Shown in pieces: positions 1 to 9,767 of a stretch of DNA of 64,000 nt (position 1 is the stretch's first letter; each line of letters opens with the position of its first letter). The notes under the pieces were generated by a model. The model worked only from the letters and a program-made list of their open reading frames with translations, made no database searches and was not told the DNA's origin. The stretch comes from Octopus vulgaris (lineage: Eukaryota): NCBI GenBank assembly GCA_951406725.2, contig OX597818.1, forward strand, positions 89,652,001-89,716,000, in the 5' to 3' direction. Position numbers and translations under genes: made by a program.

Positions 1-71
1 TGTGTGTGTATAAGCTTGACAGTCTTAAATAGACGAATGTCGGCATATCTACACAGCTGTGCCCCTACTCG

Positions 72-578
72 ACTTTGTTTCCTCATAACTTTCAGAAAAA
101 TGGATATCTTTTATTGAAATTTTCTACAGAATTCTTTTGAGATGATACAGATTACGATTATATCGGAATTTAATGTGAAAAAAATTTTTCGAGTCTGAGG
201 TGAGAAGTTTCGGAAGATTCACGCGAGTTGGATTAGATTTCTTATATTTTTCAGAAAAATAGTCATTTTTTTGATAAAATGTTCTACAAATACCTTTCAA
301 AGCGTGTGCATTACAAATAGATCGGAATATAATATTAAAAAACAAAATAAATTGGTGGATTCGTTCTCATACATTCTGATACACATAATTTTTTTTCGAA
401 ATCTCAAGTTTCGTTTTGTAGATATGTGACGTGTGTTAGTATGTAATGTGTATTAGCCTACCAAATCTTTTTTCATATCAAATTCCGATATAATCCCAAT
501 CTATACACTCTGAAAGATATTTATAGAAAATTTCATTAAAAAATTATCCATTTTTCTGAAAGTTATGAGGATACAAAT
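72..578. mobile_element. MITE-like fold-back element with imperfect inverted repeats
   Basis: TCCTCATAACTTTCAGAAAAATGGATA...GAAATTTTCTA (80-126) is the reverse complement of TAGAAAATTTC...TATCCATTTTTCTGAAAGTTATGAGGA (525-571); no ORF; ends approximate. Confidence 0.5.
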
Positions 579-679
579 CCGACTTGTGTAAATCGTCCAA
601 AACTTTTCACCCCATCCTTAGTATATAATTGGAATCTACACCGTCTGAAGCGTATTTGTTGAAAATTTCATTAAAAAAG

Positions 680-1040
680 TGGTAAGAAGTCTACTTCTCA
701 AACACATGGTTCCGGGTTCAGTCCCACGTGGGCAAGTGTCTTCTACTACAGCCTTAAGCCGAGCAAAGCCTTGTGAATGGATTTGGTAGACTGAAACTGA
801 AAAGAAGCCCGTCGTATATGTGTGTGTGTGCTTTTGTATTCATGTCTGTCCTCCATCACCGCTGGACAACCGGTGTTGGTGTGTTTATGTCACCGTAACT
901 TAGTGGTTCGGCAAAAGTAACCGATAGAATAACTACTATGCTTAAAAATAAATAAATCCTGGGGTCGATTTGTCCGACTAACACACTTCAAGGCGATAAT
1001 CCAGTATGACTAAAACAAGTAAAAGAATAAAAAATAAATA
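680..1040 (+). mobile_element. SINE family A (tRNA-like head, internal microsatellite, GAAACAAGTAAAAG tail)
   Basis: GGTTCAGTCCCAC B-box-like motif, GGGCAAGTGTCTTCTACTA core and TGACTAAAACAAGTAAAAG end. The same sequence recurs more than 10 times (e.g. 2946, 10543, 15385, 20660-, 29203, 35783, 38565-, 41018, 57310-). Confidence 0.8.
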
Positions 1041-1629
1041 AAAGAATTTTCTTGAATTTATGAGGAAACAAATTCGGTGAAGTATAGGTATGAGGTATAG
1101 GTACTTGTATAGGTATGTACCTGGTGTTATATATGTTATTCCATGATGAGGTGACTTACATATACACAAAAATTCAGGTGCGTGTGTACGTATATGGATG
1201 TGTGTAGGTGATTGGTGTAGGAAAATTACCAACATTTATATAATGTGGTACACAGATATGTCCAATTGACATCATATAGCGTGACATTATCATTTCAACA
1301 AGGACATTGTGGAGGAGTGGGTGAAACGATTGTCTTTAATTCTTTCGTTCTTAAGCAACTTCAACATTTGTACTTTACTGACGGTTCAACACTTACCCAG
1401 GGCACGCGGGGACAAATAGACACACACACACACACCACACATACATAATATGCACACCCATACGCAATATACACGTACACACTCGCACACACCATGTATA
1501 TTATTGCATATATATGCAGGTGTGGCGTGGCTGTGTGGTAAGAAGTTTGGTTCCCAGCCACATGCTTCTGGGTTTAGTCGCCTTGCGTGACACTTCAGAC
1601 AAGTGCCTTCGGCTAAAGATTTGGGCCGA

Positions 1630-1940
1630 CCGGGCTTTGTGAGTGTTTATTGAGCAAAAACACCTAAATCTCCACGAGGTTCCGGCAGGGGGAGGTAGTG
1701 AACCCTCCTGTACTCTTTCACCACAACCTTCTCTCATTCTTTCTTTCTATTTCTGCTGTACCTGTATTTCAAAGGGCCAGCCTTGTCACACTTTGTGTCA
1801 CGCTGAATCTCCCCGAGAACTACATAGAGGGTACACGTGTCTGTGGAGTGCTCAGCCACTTGCACGTTAATTTCACGAGCAGGCTGTTCCGTTGATCGGA
1901 TCAACCGGAACCCTCGTCGTCGTAACCGACGGAGTGCCAG
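1630..1940 (+). mobile_element. SINE family C body (ends ...CCCTCGTCGTCGTAACCGACGGAGTGC)
   Basis: Near-identical to 31556-31926 and to minus-strand copies at 11890-12210, 40215-40535 and 62120-62458. Confidence 0.75.
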
Positions 1941-1946
1941 TCATGC

Positions 1947-2041
1947 ATGTATGTATGTATGTATGTATGTATGTATGTATGTATGTATGTATGTATGTAT
2001 GTATGTATGTATGTATGTATGTATGTGTATGTATATGTATG

Positions 2042-2077
<36 letters not shown>

Positions 2078-2118
2078 TGTATGTATGTATGTATGTATGT
2101 ATGTATGTGTGTATGTAT
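1947..2118. repeat. (ATGT)n microsatellite
   Basis: Read directly; source of the MYVC/HTYI pseudo-ORFs. Confidence 0.95.
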
Positions 2119-2945
2119 CAATCTTCACTGTAAAAATAAATGCGCCCTTTTAAAGCCTAGCCAGGCTCATGGGCCCGGTTTCCCGGTTTCTATGGCGTAT
2201 GTGTTCTCTAGCTAGATGGGTCGCCAGTCCATCGCAGCGTTACCCATTTTTGCCAGCTGAGTGGACTAGAGCAACGTGAAACGAAGTGTTTTGCTTAAGA
2301 ACACAACGCATCGCTCGGTCCAGGAATCGAAACTACAATTTTACGATCACGATGCAGACACCCTAACCACTAAGCCACGCGCTTCCACCCATCTTCACTG
2401 TAGGTAAAGTTAAAATGTAAACACATTCTTTCTATAGTATAGAAAGAATGCGTTTACAGTCCAGTTTGGATAATTCTTATCTGATAATTCTGATAAGTCA
2501 TCGAAGAATCACCATACTGACGCAGATCTAGCCTGATTTAAAATGTCAAGTATGTTGATTAAAGACAAAGTAACGTATGAGATAATAGTATAAGAGTGTA
2601 TATGACCGGACTATGAACTCTATCGTCTCTAGAATGTATGTTTACAATATTTATATGTACACTACTGTCTTTGAAATATATTCCATCTTTGATCGATGTT
2701 GTTGAAATAGGGGTTGTTAAGAAAGTTCGCTTTGTAACCGACGTAATTTCGGGTTCAGTCCCACTGTGGGGAACCTAGGACAAGTGTCTTTTACTATTGC
2801 CCCGGGCCGACCAATACCTTTTCAGTGAATTCGGAAGTCGGAAATTGTGCGCACGCACACATGCATGTGTCCACCCGCCGTTAGGTTACTGGTAGAAAAA
2901 GCAGGGTTTTGTATAGAAAACAGGAATGGTTTTTTTCTTCTCATA

Positions 2946-3113
2946 GGCGCAGGCGTGGCTGTGTGGTAAGAAGCTTGCTTCCCAACCACATGGTTTCGTG
3001 TTCAGTTCCACTGCATGTAACCTTGGGCAAGTGTCTTCTACTATAGCCTCGGGCTGACCATAGCCTGTGAGTGGATTTGATAGAAGAAAACTGAAAGAAA
3101 CGCGTCATGTATA

Positions 3114-3186
<73 letters not shown>

Positions 3187-3199
3187 GTCTATCTATCTA

Positions 3200-3268
<69 letters not shown>

Positions 3269-3448
3269 GTATGTGTGTGTTTGTGTTTGTCCTCCACCAC
3301 CATCGCTTGACAACCAGTGCTGGTGTGTTTAGGTCCCCGTAGCGGTTCGGCAATAGAGTCCGGCAGAATAAGACCCTAGCTTTTAAAAACATAAGTACTG
3401 GCGTTTATTCATTCGACTTAAAATTCTCCAAGGTGGTGCCCCAGCATG
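2946..3448 (+). mobile_element. SINE family A, 3'-truncated at the junction with LINE sequence
   Basis: Full head GGCGCAGGCGTGGCTGTGTGGTAAG, internal (CTAT)n/(TA)n; breaks off at GGTGCCCCAGCATG where other copies continue GCCGCAGTC. Confidence 0.8.
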
Positions 3449-3721
3449 AAAGTTACAACATAAATGTAATACCAAGTGCAACCAAAAGTATCAGTGGGGA
3501 GGCGGGGCTCGTGGGGTCCGAGCTAAACCCGCACCCACTCCACCCGTAATGTCTTCCGGTCTGTCCTATCACTCGATTTCTGTCCATTTATTGTTATTCA
3601 TGAAAATTTTTAAACCCGATTTATTGTAAAAACCCATTCGTTTGTCTGACCCCATCATCAGATTGTATTGTCCCATCTGTGTTCGCCCCTTGTGGGTAAT
3701 AATAAAACAACATGGAGGAAA
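3446..3721 (+). repeat. 5' copy of a 276-bp direct repeat (last ORF2 codons + LINE 3'UTR + 15-bp flank)
   Basis: Identical to 8704-8979 except one C/T (GTCCTATC vs GTTCTATC). Confidence 0.95.
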
Positions 3722-3939
3722 TCAATTTATTGCGTTATTAGTAAGTTGATATATATTTTTGCTCACATACTACTTATCTCTGTTATTATATACTGTTGGT
3801 CTACCTTTTTTTGTCCATTGTTGTCTAACGGACGAAGTCAACCTTCGCGCGAAGACTTCGCGTTGGTGTTCCCCCCTCAGTGGGGGAAAACTACAATCAA
3901 TTTAGATTACCAAAGGCTTGTTAAAGCCATTTGTTCAAG

Positions 3940-4947
3940 ATGGAGTCCCCCATCACTTATTCGCCCGTGACGAGCGAGGATGAATACCCGGCGTTGTCGC
4001 CAAGTAAAAAAGAGGCGTTGTCGCCAAGAAAAAAAGAGGCGCTGTCGCCGAAGAAAAAAGAGGCGGCGTCGCCCAAGAAAATGGTAAAACCAGTACCAGC
4101 ATCAACTCCAGCAAAAAAATTCGCTGAAGTGGCTGGGAAGAAAATTAAAAAAATTAACGTGGACAACCTGGGAAAACATGCGGACTGTGTGTCAAAAGAG
4201 GGCACGGAAGTAACCGTGGCTTCAAACGCCCAAATACAGGAGGATATTTCGAATAGGAGAATAATCTATAAGACATTCAGTATAACAAACAGAGCAATCC
4301 AAAAAATAGAGGAGAAAAAGATTGAAAACTGCTTAAAGCCAATAATGGATAAAATTACGTATATCAATCGAGGGAAGAAATACGGCACAGTGGAGGTGAG
4401 ATTCACGTCAGAGGAGGTAGCGAAGAAGCTATCCATGGAACCCATAAAAGCGGAGGATATTGTTCTCCTACCCCTGTATAAAGGCAAGAGAACTTCCAAG
4501 ATCACAATGAACAACATCCCGCCAGAAGCGGATGCCGAAGTCCTAGTGGCAGCAGTTATGGTAGGCCTGGAGGAAAAAATAAACATCCTCCAGGCCACCG
4601 TAGAAGAAGAAGAATTCTGGAAAGGGCAAAAGATAATAATAGCCATACAAGCAGAAGTACAAACCCTGGAAGAGATCCCAGAGACTCTAAGGATAAGCGA
4701 AGATGAAAGAGTCACAGTCTTCGTAGAGGGCAGAAAGCCGAGGTGCTTCGGCTGCGGTAAGAAGGGGCATGTAAGGGCGGAATGCCAGCCCCAACCCAAA
4801 CCGCAGGAAGCACCTAAGCCAAAAGGAAAAGAAGACAATGTGTCACCAGAAGCAGCGTCAGACGGCCCAGAAGGGAAGACTGAAGGTGTGGAGGTGATGG
4901 TAACAGCAGAACCAGCGGCGGAGAAAAAAAGAGCGAGGAAAAGATAA
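3940..4947 (+). CDS. LINE ORF1p (gag-like nucleic-acid-binding protein, CX2CX4HX4C zinc knuckle); probably extends to 5316 through three 1-bp homopolymer frameshifts
   Basis: First ATG at 3940; CFGCGKKGHVRAEC knuckle; N-terminal SPKK-type repeats; lies directly upstream of ORF2. Confidence 0.88.
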   Translation: MESPITYSPVTSEDEYPALSPSKKEALSPRKKEALSPKKKEAASPKKMVKPVPASTPAKKFAEVAGKKIKKINVDNLGKHADCVSKEGTEVTVASNAQIQEDISNRRIIYKTFSITNRAIQKIEEKKIENCLKPIMDKITYINRGKKYGTVEVRFTSEEVAKKLSMEPIKAEDIVLLPLYKGKRTSKITMNNIPPEADAEVLVAAVMVGLEEKINILQATVEEEEFWKGQKIIIAIQAEVQTLEEIPETLRISEDERVTVFVEGRKPRCFGCGKKGHVRAECQPQPKPQEAPKPKGKEDNVSPEAASDGPEGKTEGVEVMVTAEPAAEKKRARKR

Positions 4948-5325
4948 ATGAGGAGGGGTGGGCAAAAATTATCGGAAAAAAAAAAGAAAAACGGAAACCA
5001 CCCCTCCCAGAGTAATTTTAAAAAAGAAAAAAGAGTCAATGAACTCATATATGGCCGTAAAAGCATCAAATAGCAGACTCGGAAACGTGTTGGCAGCCAT
5101 GGCCAATGTGAAGAGAGTAGAGAAAAAAATGACTTTGTAATTTACAAAATAGACCGGAAGGATTACGGGCGGATAAAGTCAGAATTCTTCCATGACGTAG
5201 GCCCACTTAGGTTGGATGTAACATCTCCACATATATTCGAGGGCCTACGTCAGACTCCCCCACGAGGCCCAGAAAAAGAGAAGGAAGAAGAAGAAAAAAC
5301 CGAACCACTGATATAAAGGTAAGTA

Positions 5326-8300
5326 ATGGATTACATTTATGTTGGTTGTTTAAATGTGCGCGGCCTGGGAGCAGGCTGGAAGCAAGGTCGCTTCCTGCAT
5401 GATATCAGGTCGCGTAATTTAGATGTTATTGTTGCTACAGAAACCCGGCTAGAGGGGCCAAGAGGTCTACTCCCGCTGTTTGACGGCTACGAGAGTTTTT
5501 TCTCTCCTGGCAGTCCTACAGGCGGGAGTGGGGTGTTGGTCCTATTAAAAAGAAACCGGGTTTCTGAGAAAAAGTTAATTTTTGCAGATCCAGAAGGTAG
5601 GCTGGTCGTCATGGATTTGACGTTCAGTAATGGTAAAGTTATCAGACTGGTTGCAATTTACGCACCCAACCATACAGGGCAAAGTGATTATTTTCGTGAA
5701 CTAGAAAACTTTCTTGGTACTTCGCATTCATTAGTGGTGCTAGGAGACTTTAACACAATTTGCAAAGCGGATGTAGATTATGTTGGCTCGTGTCCAGATA
5801 GAAAAGGCAACAGTGGCTTCATGGAACTGCTAAGCCGCTTTGAGCTAGCAGATCCTTATAGGCTGGAATTTCCGAACGCTCCATTGTGGACATGGTCAAA
5901 CAGCGACGGATCTTCCAGGTCGTATCTAGATAGAATACTAATTAGAAAAGTAGACAGTAAAATAGCTAAGTGTCCACAGTTTTACCCGATCAGCTACAGT
6001 GATCATAAAATGGTCACTTGTAAGCTTGACATAGATAAGGTTAAAAATAGAGGATCCGGTTACTGGAAACTTAATACGTCCCTTTTGGCGATTAAGGAGT
6101 ACAAAGACCGGATTAGGAATATAATTCAGAGGGCACTATCTGGTACCATCATTAATAACAAATGGTGGTACGCCCTCAAACGAGCCATCAAGTTTGAGTC
6201 TATTAGATATAGCATAGGAGTAGTGGCTAGAGAGGCTAGAAGGGAAACTACTCTAGTTAAGGAATTAGAGGAAGCCATGAAAACTGGCTCTGCGGCTCAG
6301 GTGGCGGCCAAGAGACTGGTGTTAAACCAGCACCTCGAGGCCAAACACATGGGCTGCATTGTCAGGGCTAGAATCCGTCATATGGGATGTGAAGGAATCA
6401 ACGCCGTGAGATGGGCCCGAGTGGTGGAAGCTCAGCATGGTAACGATGCCACGATTCGATCTTTGACGAACCAACAAGGTGAGTTGATAAACGAACCCGA
6501 GGAGATGTGTGAGGCTTTTCAGGAGCACTTCGCTCAGCTTTTCGGTGAGTGCGGCGGACTGGATAGGAGGAGGGCCTTTACGGACCTACTCGACGGTCTA
6601 CCGCGCTTATCGGGGCGAGATGCGGAGGGCTGTGAAGGGCCAATCACGCCTGAGGAGGTGGTTGAGGCAATGGCGGACTGCGGCGCGGGCAAGGCGCCGG
6701 GTTTGGATGGTCTACCCTATGAGTTATATAAGAGTATGCCAGACTTGTTCGGGCACCTACTGGCGGAGGTCTACGCGAACTGGCAGCAGAACGGGCTTAT
6801 ACCCAGATCTGTGCGCCGGGGAGTAGTGACTCTCGTCAGAAAGGACCCGAGCAAGGGGGAGTGCATTGATAATTTCAGGCCCATCACTCTGCTAAACACA
6901 GAGTTGAAGATTTTGGCCAAAGTGTTATCGAAAAGATTGGCGCGTGTCGCGGATGGTCTGATCGGAGGGGCACAGACATGTGCCGTTCCGGGCAGATCCA
7001 TTCAGGATAATCTCCATCTAATGCGGTACACTATAGAGGGGTTTAATAGTGATTCTGGCAAGGGTGGGGCACTGGTCCATTTAGACCAATCTAAAGCTTT
7101 TGATAGGGTCGACCATCGTTACCTGGTATCTGCCCTGGCACAGTTCGGGCTGAGCCTTGGATTCCTCAGGTGGATTATCGAAATTTATGATAACATCGAC
7201 TCGGTAGTTCGGGTGAACGGCTTCTTGTCGAAGCCGTTCAAAATCAAACGCTCGGTTCGTCAAGGGTGTCCGCTCTCCCCGCTTTTGTACGTGATGGCTC
7301 TTGAGCCATTACTGCGAAAACTGAGCGGCATCCCGAGACAGCCAGGTAATGGAAAATCAGTGTCAGCGTACGCGGATGACATCACCATCATCGTAACCGA
7401 AATGGACCACCTATGTAAAGTAGGCAAGGCCATAGAGGTGTACGAGACGGTGACAGGAGCAAAAGTTAATCGCGAAAAGTCAGTCGGCTTGCAACTCGGC
7501 ACCTGGAGAGGCAAGTCGATGCCTCCTGACAGCGTCGTGGGACGTTGGACGGAGGGTCCGATTAAACTGCTAGGGGTCTGGTTCGGTCCAGACCTCCAAA
7601 TAGAGAAGAATTGGGGCGAGGTAACGAGCAAGGTGGCTGCAGTAGCCAAGACCTGGTCTTGGCGGTGGCTATCCCTGAAAGGGAGGGCGGAGGTGGCCAA
7701 TGTGTTTATCGCATCGGTTATCACCTACCGCCTTTCCGTCGTTCCTTGCCCTGATTCGTGGTTGATCAAGTTGGAAAGACAGCTCTTCTACTTCTTGTGG
7801 AAGGGCGGGAAACCACTTGTGAAACGCTCTACTTGCTGTCAACAACCGTTAAAGGGTGGGCTAGGGATGCCTTGGCTGATGATGCGCAGACATGCGCTGA
7901 GGTTAAGACATCTGTGGCTCTACCTGGATGGTGAACGGGTGTGGTCTTTGCTAGCAAAACTGATGTTTCCCAAGTTCACTAGTTTCGGTGGATGGGAAAC
8001 CTGGCTGAATCGTAGATCGAAACTTGGTACTTGGTACACGGAGTGTCGCAAGGCTCTCCTGCTATTCCGTCGCTCGGGCAACGCCTGCGGTGGGGGTTCC
8101 ACCACATTCTTCTATAGAGGGTTGGTAGAGGCGGAATGTGAAGATACCTTGGGGGAAACCCTAGGTCTCGACGATAATCAGCTGGCCAGTCTGTTCCGAC
8201 GTACGTTCGAGCCAAGGACACTGGACAACTTCCAGAAGTCTCTGGCATGGCAATGCTACAGAGGAGCTCTACCTGTTCGGGATAAACTCGCAAGGCACGG

Positions 8301-8721
8301 TGGCCAAGACAGTCCGATATGTCCAAGATGCGGGCGGGATAGGGAAACCGTCCCGCACGCGATTGTTCATTGTCCGGACGTGTCTGAGGTGTGGGTTTAT
8401 GCCGAACACCTGTTGTCAGGTACACGAAGAGTACAGCTGTCGACTGAGTCGATTACAAAAATTGACCCACCGGATTTCCTCGTGAATGAAGGTAAGTTTC
8501 GTTTTCTCGTTGTAGTAGCAATCGCGAAAGAGGTGATATGGAAGACGAGAATGAAAGGTTTACAGTCAGGCAAGTTCATCTCCGGCCCTGGTTTGATGAA
8601 TTATTTCATCTTTCATCTGAAAAGGAAGATAGGGCTGGAGAGAATATGCCTGACTAGGAGAGCGTATGAAGAACGATGGAAGGATGTAGCACGGAAGTTG
8701 CGAATGAAAGTTACAACATAA
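5326..8721 (+). CDS. LINE ORF2p: APE endonuclease + reverse transcriptase + C-terminal zinc finger (Tx1-like), uninterrupted
   Basis: APE motifs LNVRGL, ATET, IYAPN, VLGDFN, SYLDRI, SDH; RT motifs APGLDG, FRPITLLN, DQSKAFDRVDH, QGCPLSP, YADD; CPRC...HAIVHC finger; 1131 aa without stops. Confidence 0.97.
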   Translation: MDYIYVGCLNVRGLGAGWKQGRFLHDIRSRNLDVIVATETRLEGPRGLLPLFDGYESFFSPGSPTGGSGVLVLLKRNRVSEKKLIFADPEGRLVVMDLTFSNGKVIRLVAIYAPNHTGQSDYFRELENFLGTSHSLVVLGDFNTICKADVDYVGSCPDRKGNSGFMELLSRFELADPYRLEFPNAPLWTWSNSDGSSRSYLDRILIRKVDSKIAKCPQFYPISYSDHKMVTCKLDIDKVKNRGSGYWKLNTSLLAIKEYKDRIRNIIQRALSGTIINNKWWYALKRAIKFESIRYSIGVVAREARRETTLVKELEEAMKTGSAAQVAAKRLVLNQHLEAKHMGCIVRARIRHMGCEGINAVRWARVVEAQHGNDATIRSLTNQQGELINEPEEMCEAFQEHFAQLFGECGGLDRRRAFTDLLDGLPRLSGRDAEGCEGPITPEEVVEAMADCGAGKAPGLDGLPYELYKSMPDLFGHLLAEVYANWQQNGLIPRSVRRGVVTLVRKDPSKGECIDNFRPITLLNTELKILAKVLSKRLARVADGLIGGAQTCAVPGRSIQDNLHLMRYTIEGFNSDSGKGGALVHLDQSKAFDRVDHRYLVSALAQFGLSLGFLRWIIEIYDNIDSVVRVNGFLSKPFKIKRSVRQGCPLSPLLYVMALEPLLRKLSGIPRQPGNGKSVSAYADDITIIVTEMDHLCKVGKAIEVYETVTGAKVNREKSVGLQLGTWRGKSMPPDSVVGRWTEGPIKLLGVWFGPDLQIEKNWGEVTSKVAAVAKTWSWRWLSLKGRAEVANVFIASVITYRLSVVPCPDSWLIKLERQLFYFLWKGGKPLVKRSTCCQQPLKGGLGMPWLMMRRHALRLRHLWLYLDGERVWSLLAKLMFPKFTSFGGWETWLNRRSKLGTWYTECRKALLLFRRSGNACGGGSTTFFYRGLVEAECEDTLGETLGLDDNQLASLFRRTFEPRTLDNFQKSLAWQCYRGALPVRDKLARHGGQDSPICPRCGRDRETVPHAIVHCPDVSEVWVYAEHLLSGTRRVQLSTESITKIDPPDFLVNEGKFRFLVVVAIAKEVIWKTRMKGLQSGKFISGPGLMNYFIFHLKRKIGLERICLTRRAYEERWKDVARKLRMKVTT

Positions 8722-8979
8722 ATGTAATACCAAGTGCAACCAAAAGTATCAGTGGGGAGGCGGGGCTCGTGGGGTCCGAGCTAAACCCGCACCCACTCCA
8801 CCCGTAATGTCTTCCGGTCTGTTCTATCACTCGATTTCTGTCCATTTATTGTTATTCATGAAAATTTTTAAACCCGATTTATTGTAAAAACCCATTCGTT
8901 TGTCTGACCCCATCATCAGATTGTATTGTCCCATCTGTGTTCGCCCCTTGTGGGTAATAATAAAACAACATGGAGGAAA
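8704..8979 (+). repeat. 3' copy of the 276-bp direct repeat
   Basis: Matches 3446-3721. Confidence 0.95.
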
Positions 8980-9240
8980 GCACCTTCGAAAAGTGTCTTG
9001 GTGCGACTATGAAAAGTATCTAATCAGAGGCGGTAAATTCGCCACAATAGAAGCAATAGAAGCAATCGAGCAAGTGGAAATATTTTATTTTTACCTTTAT
9101 ATCTGGTACGTAGGACGTGCCGGAAAAAAATTTGAAATTCCCCCCCCCCCCCGAAGTAAAGGTAGGCTGGATTGTAGCCACACTTCTATACAAGAGGGAG
9201 GACAAGATACAATTGATCGAAATTACAAGAGACGGGCTAA
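8965..9240 (+). pseudogene. Decayed ORF1 fragment of a related Tx1-like LINE
   Basis: Frame-shifted translation MEESTFEKCLGATMKSI/YLIRGGKFATIE...[47 protein letters not shown] aligns by eye to ORF1p IEEKKIENCLKPIMDKITYINRGKKYGTVE...DIVLLPLYKGKRTSKITMNNIPPEADAEVLVAAVMVGLEEKINILQAT. Confidence 0.75.
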
Positions 9241-9385
9241 CAATTCCAGTCTGTTATATATTTTGAGTATTGTTATCACTAGCGATATCAAGATATAACT
9301 TTGTATTTTGTATTTTATGTGTAGATGTATATATATATAGATGTACATGTAATATGTACACATATATATACACATATATACATGC

Positions 9386-9425
9386 ACTAGCACTATGACC
9401 CGGCAACGACGGGTCTTTAATGCTA

Positions 9426-9468
<43 letters not shown>

Positions 9469-9515
9469 TACATGCACTAGCACTATGACCCGGCAACGAC
9501 GGGTCTTTAATGCTA

Positions 9516-9517
<2 letters not shown>
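9386..9517 (+). repeat. Two tandem 42-bp hairpins (period 90 bp) resembling Helitron 3' termini
   Basis: ACTAGCACTATGACCCGGCAACGACGGGTCTTTAATGCTAGT at 9386 and 9476; GACCCG/CGGGTC stem followed by CTAG|T; similar to the reverse complement of 21535-21574. Confidence 0.7.
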
Positions 9518-9554
<37 letters not shown>

Positions 9555-9726
9555 CACACACATATATATACATATATACATATACATATACATATATATA
9601 CATATATATATATATACATATATATACATATATATATACATAAATATATATACATATATATATATGCACACATATACATATACTTATACATATTTTATAC
9701 ATATATATATATATACACACACATGT

Positions 9727-9767
<41 letters not shown>

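Larger units (their letters stand above)
3722..8964 (+). mobile_element. Full-length non-LTR retrotransposon, L1/Tx1 clade
   Basis: 5'UTR, ORF1 with CCHC knuckle, ORF2 APE-RT-zinc finger, 3'UTR ending AATAATAAA; ACAACATGGAGGAAA on both sides (3707-3721, 8965-8979) behaves as a 15-bp TSD. Confidence 0.93.

Noticed and set aside
4266-5069. 267-aa minus-strand ORF, and similar ones such as 60400-61110 and 7260-7724
   Set aside because: Antisense shadows of LINE ORFs with no recognisable motifs
3446-8979. LTR retrotransposon or endogenous retrovirus, suggested by the terminal direct repeats
   Set aside because: No TG...CA ends, primer-binding site, protease, RNase H or integrase; ORF2 is APE-RT; the repeat includes ORF2 coding sequence
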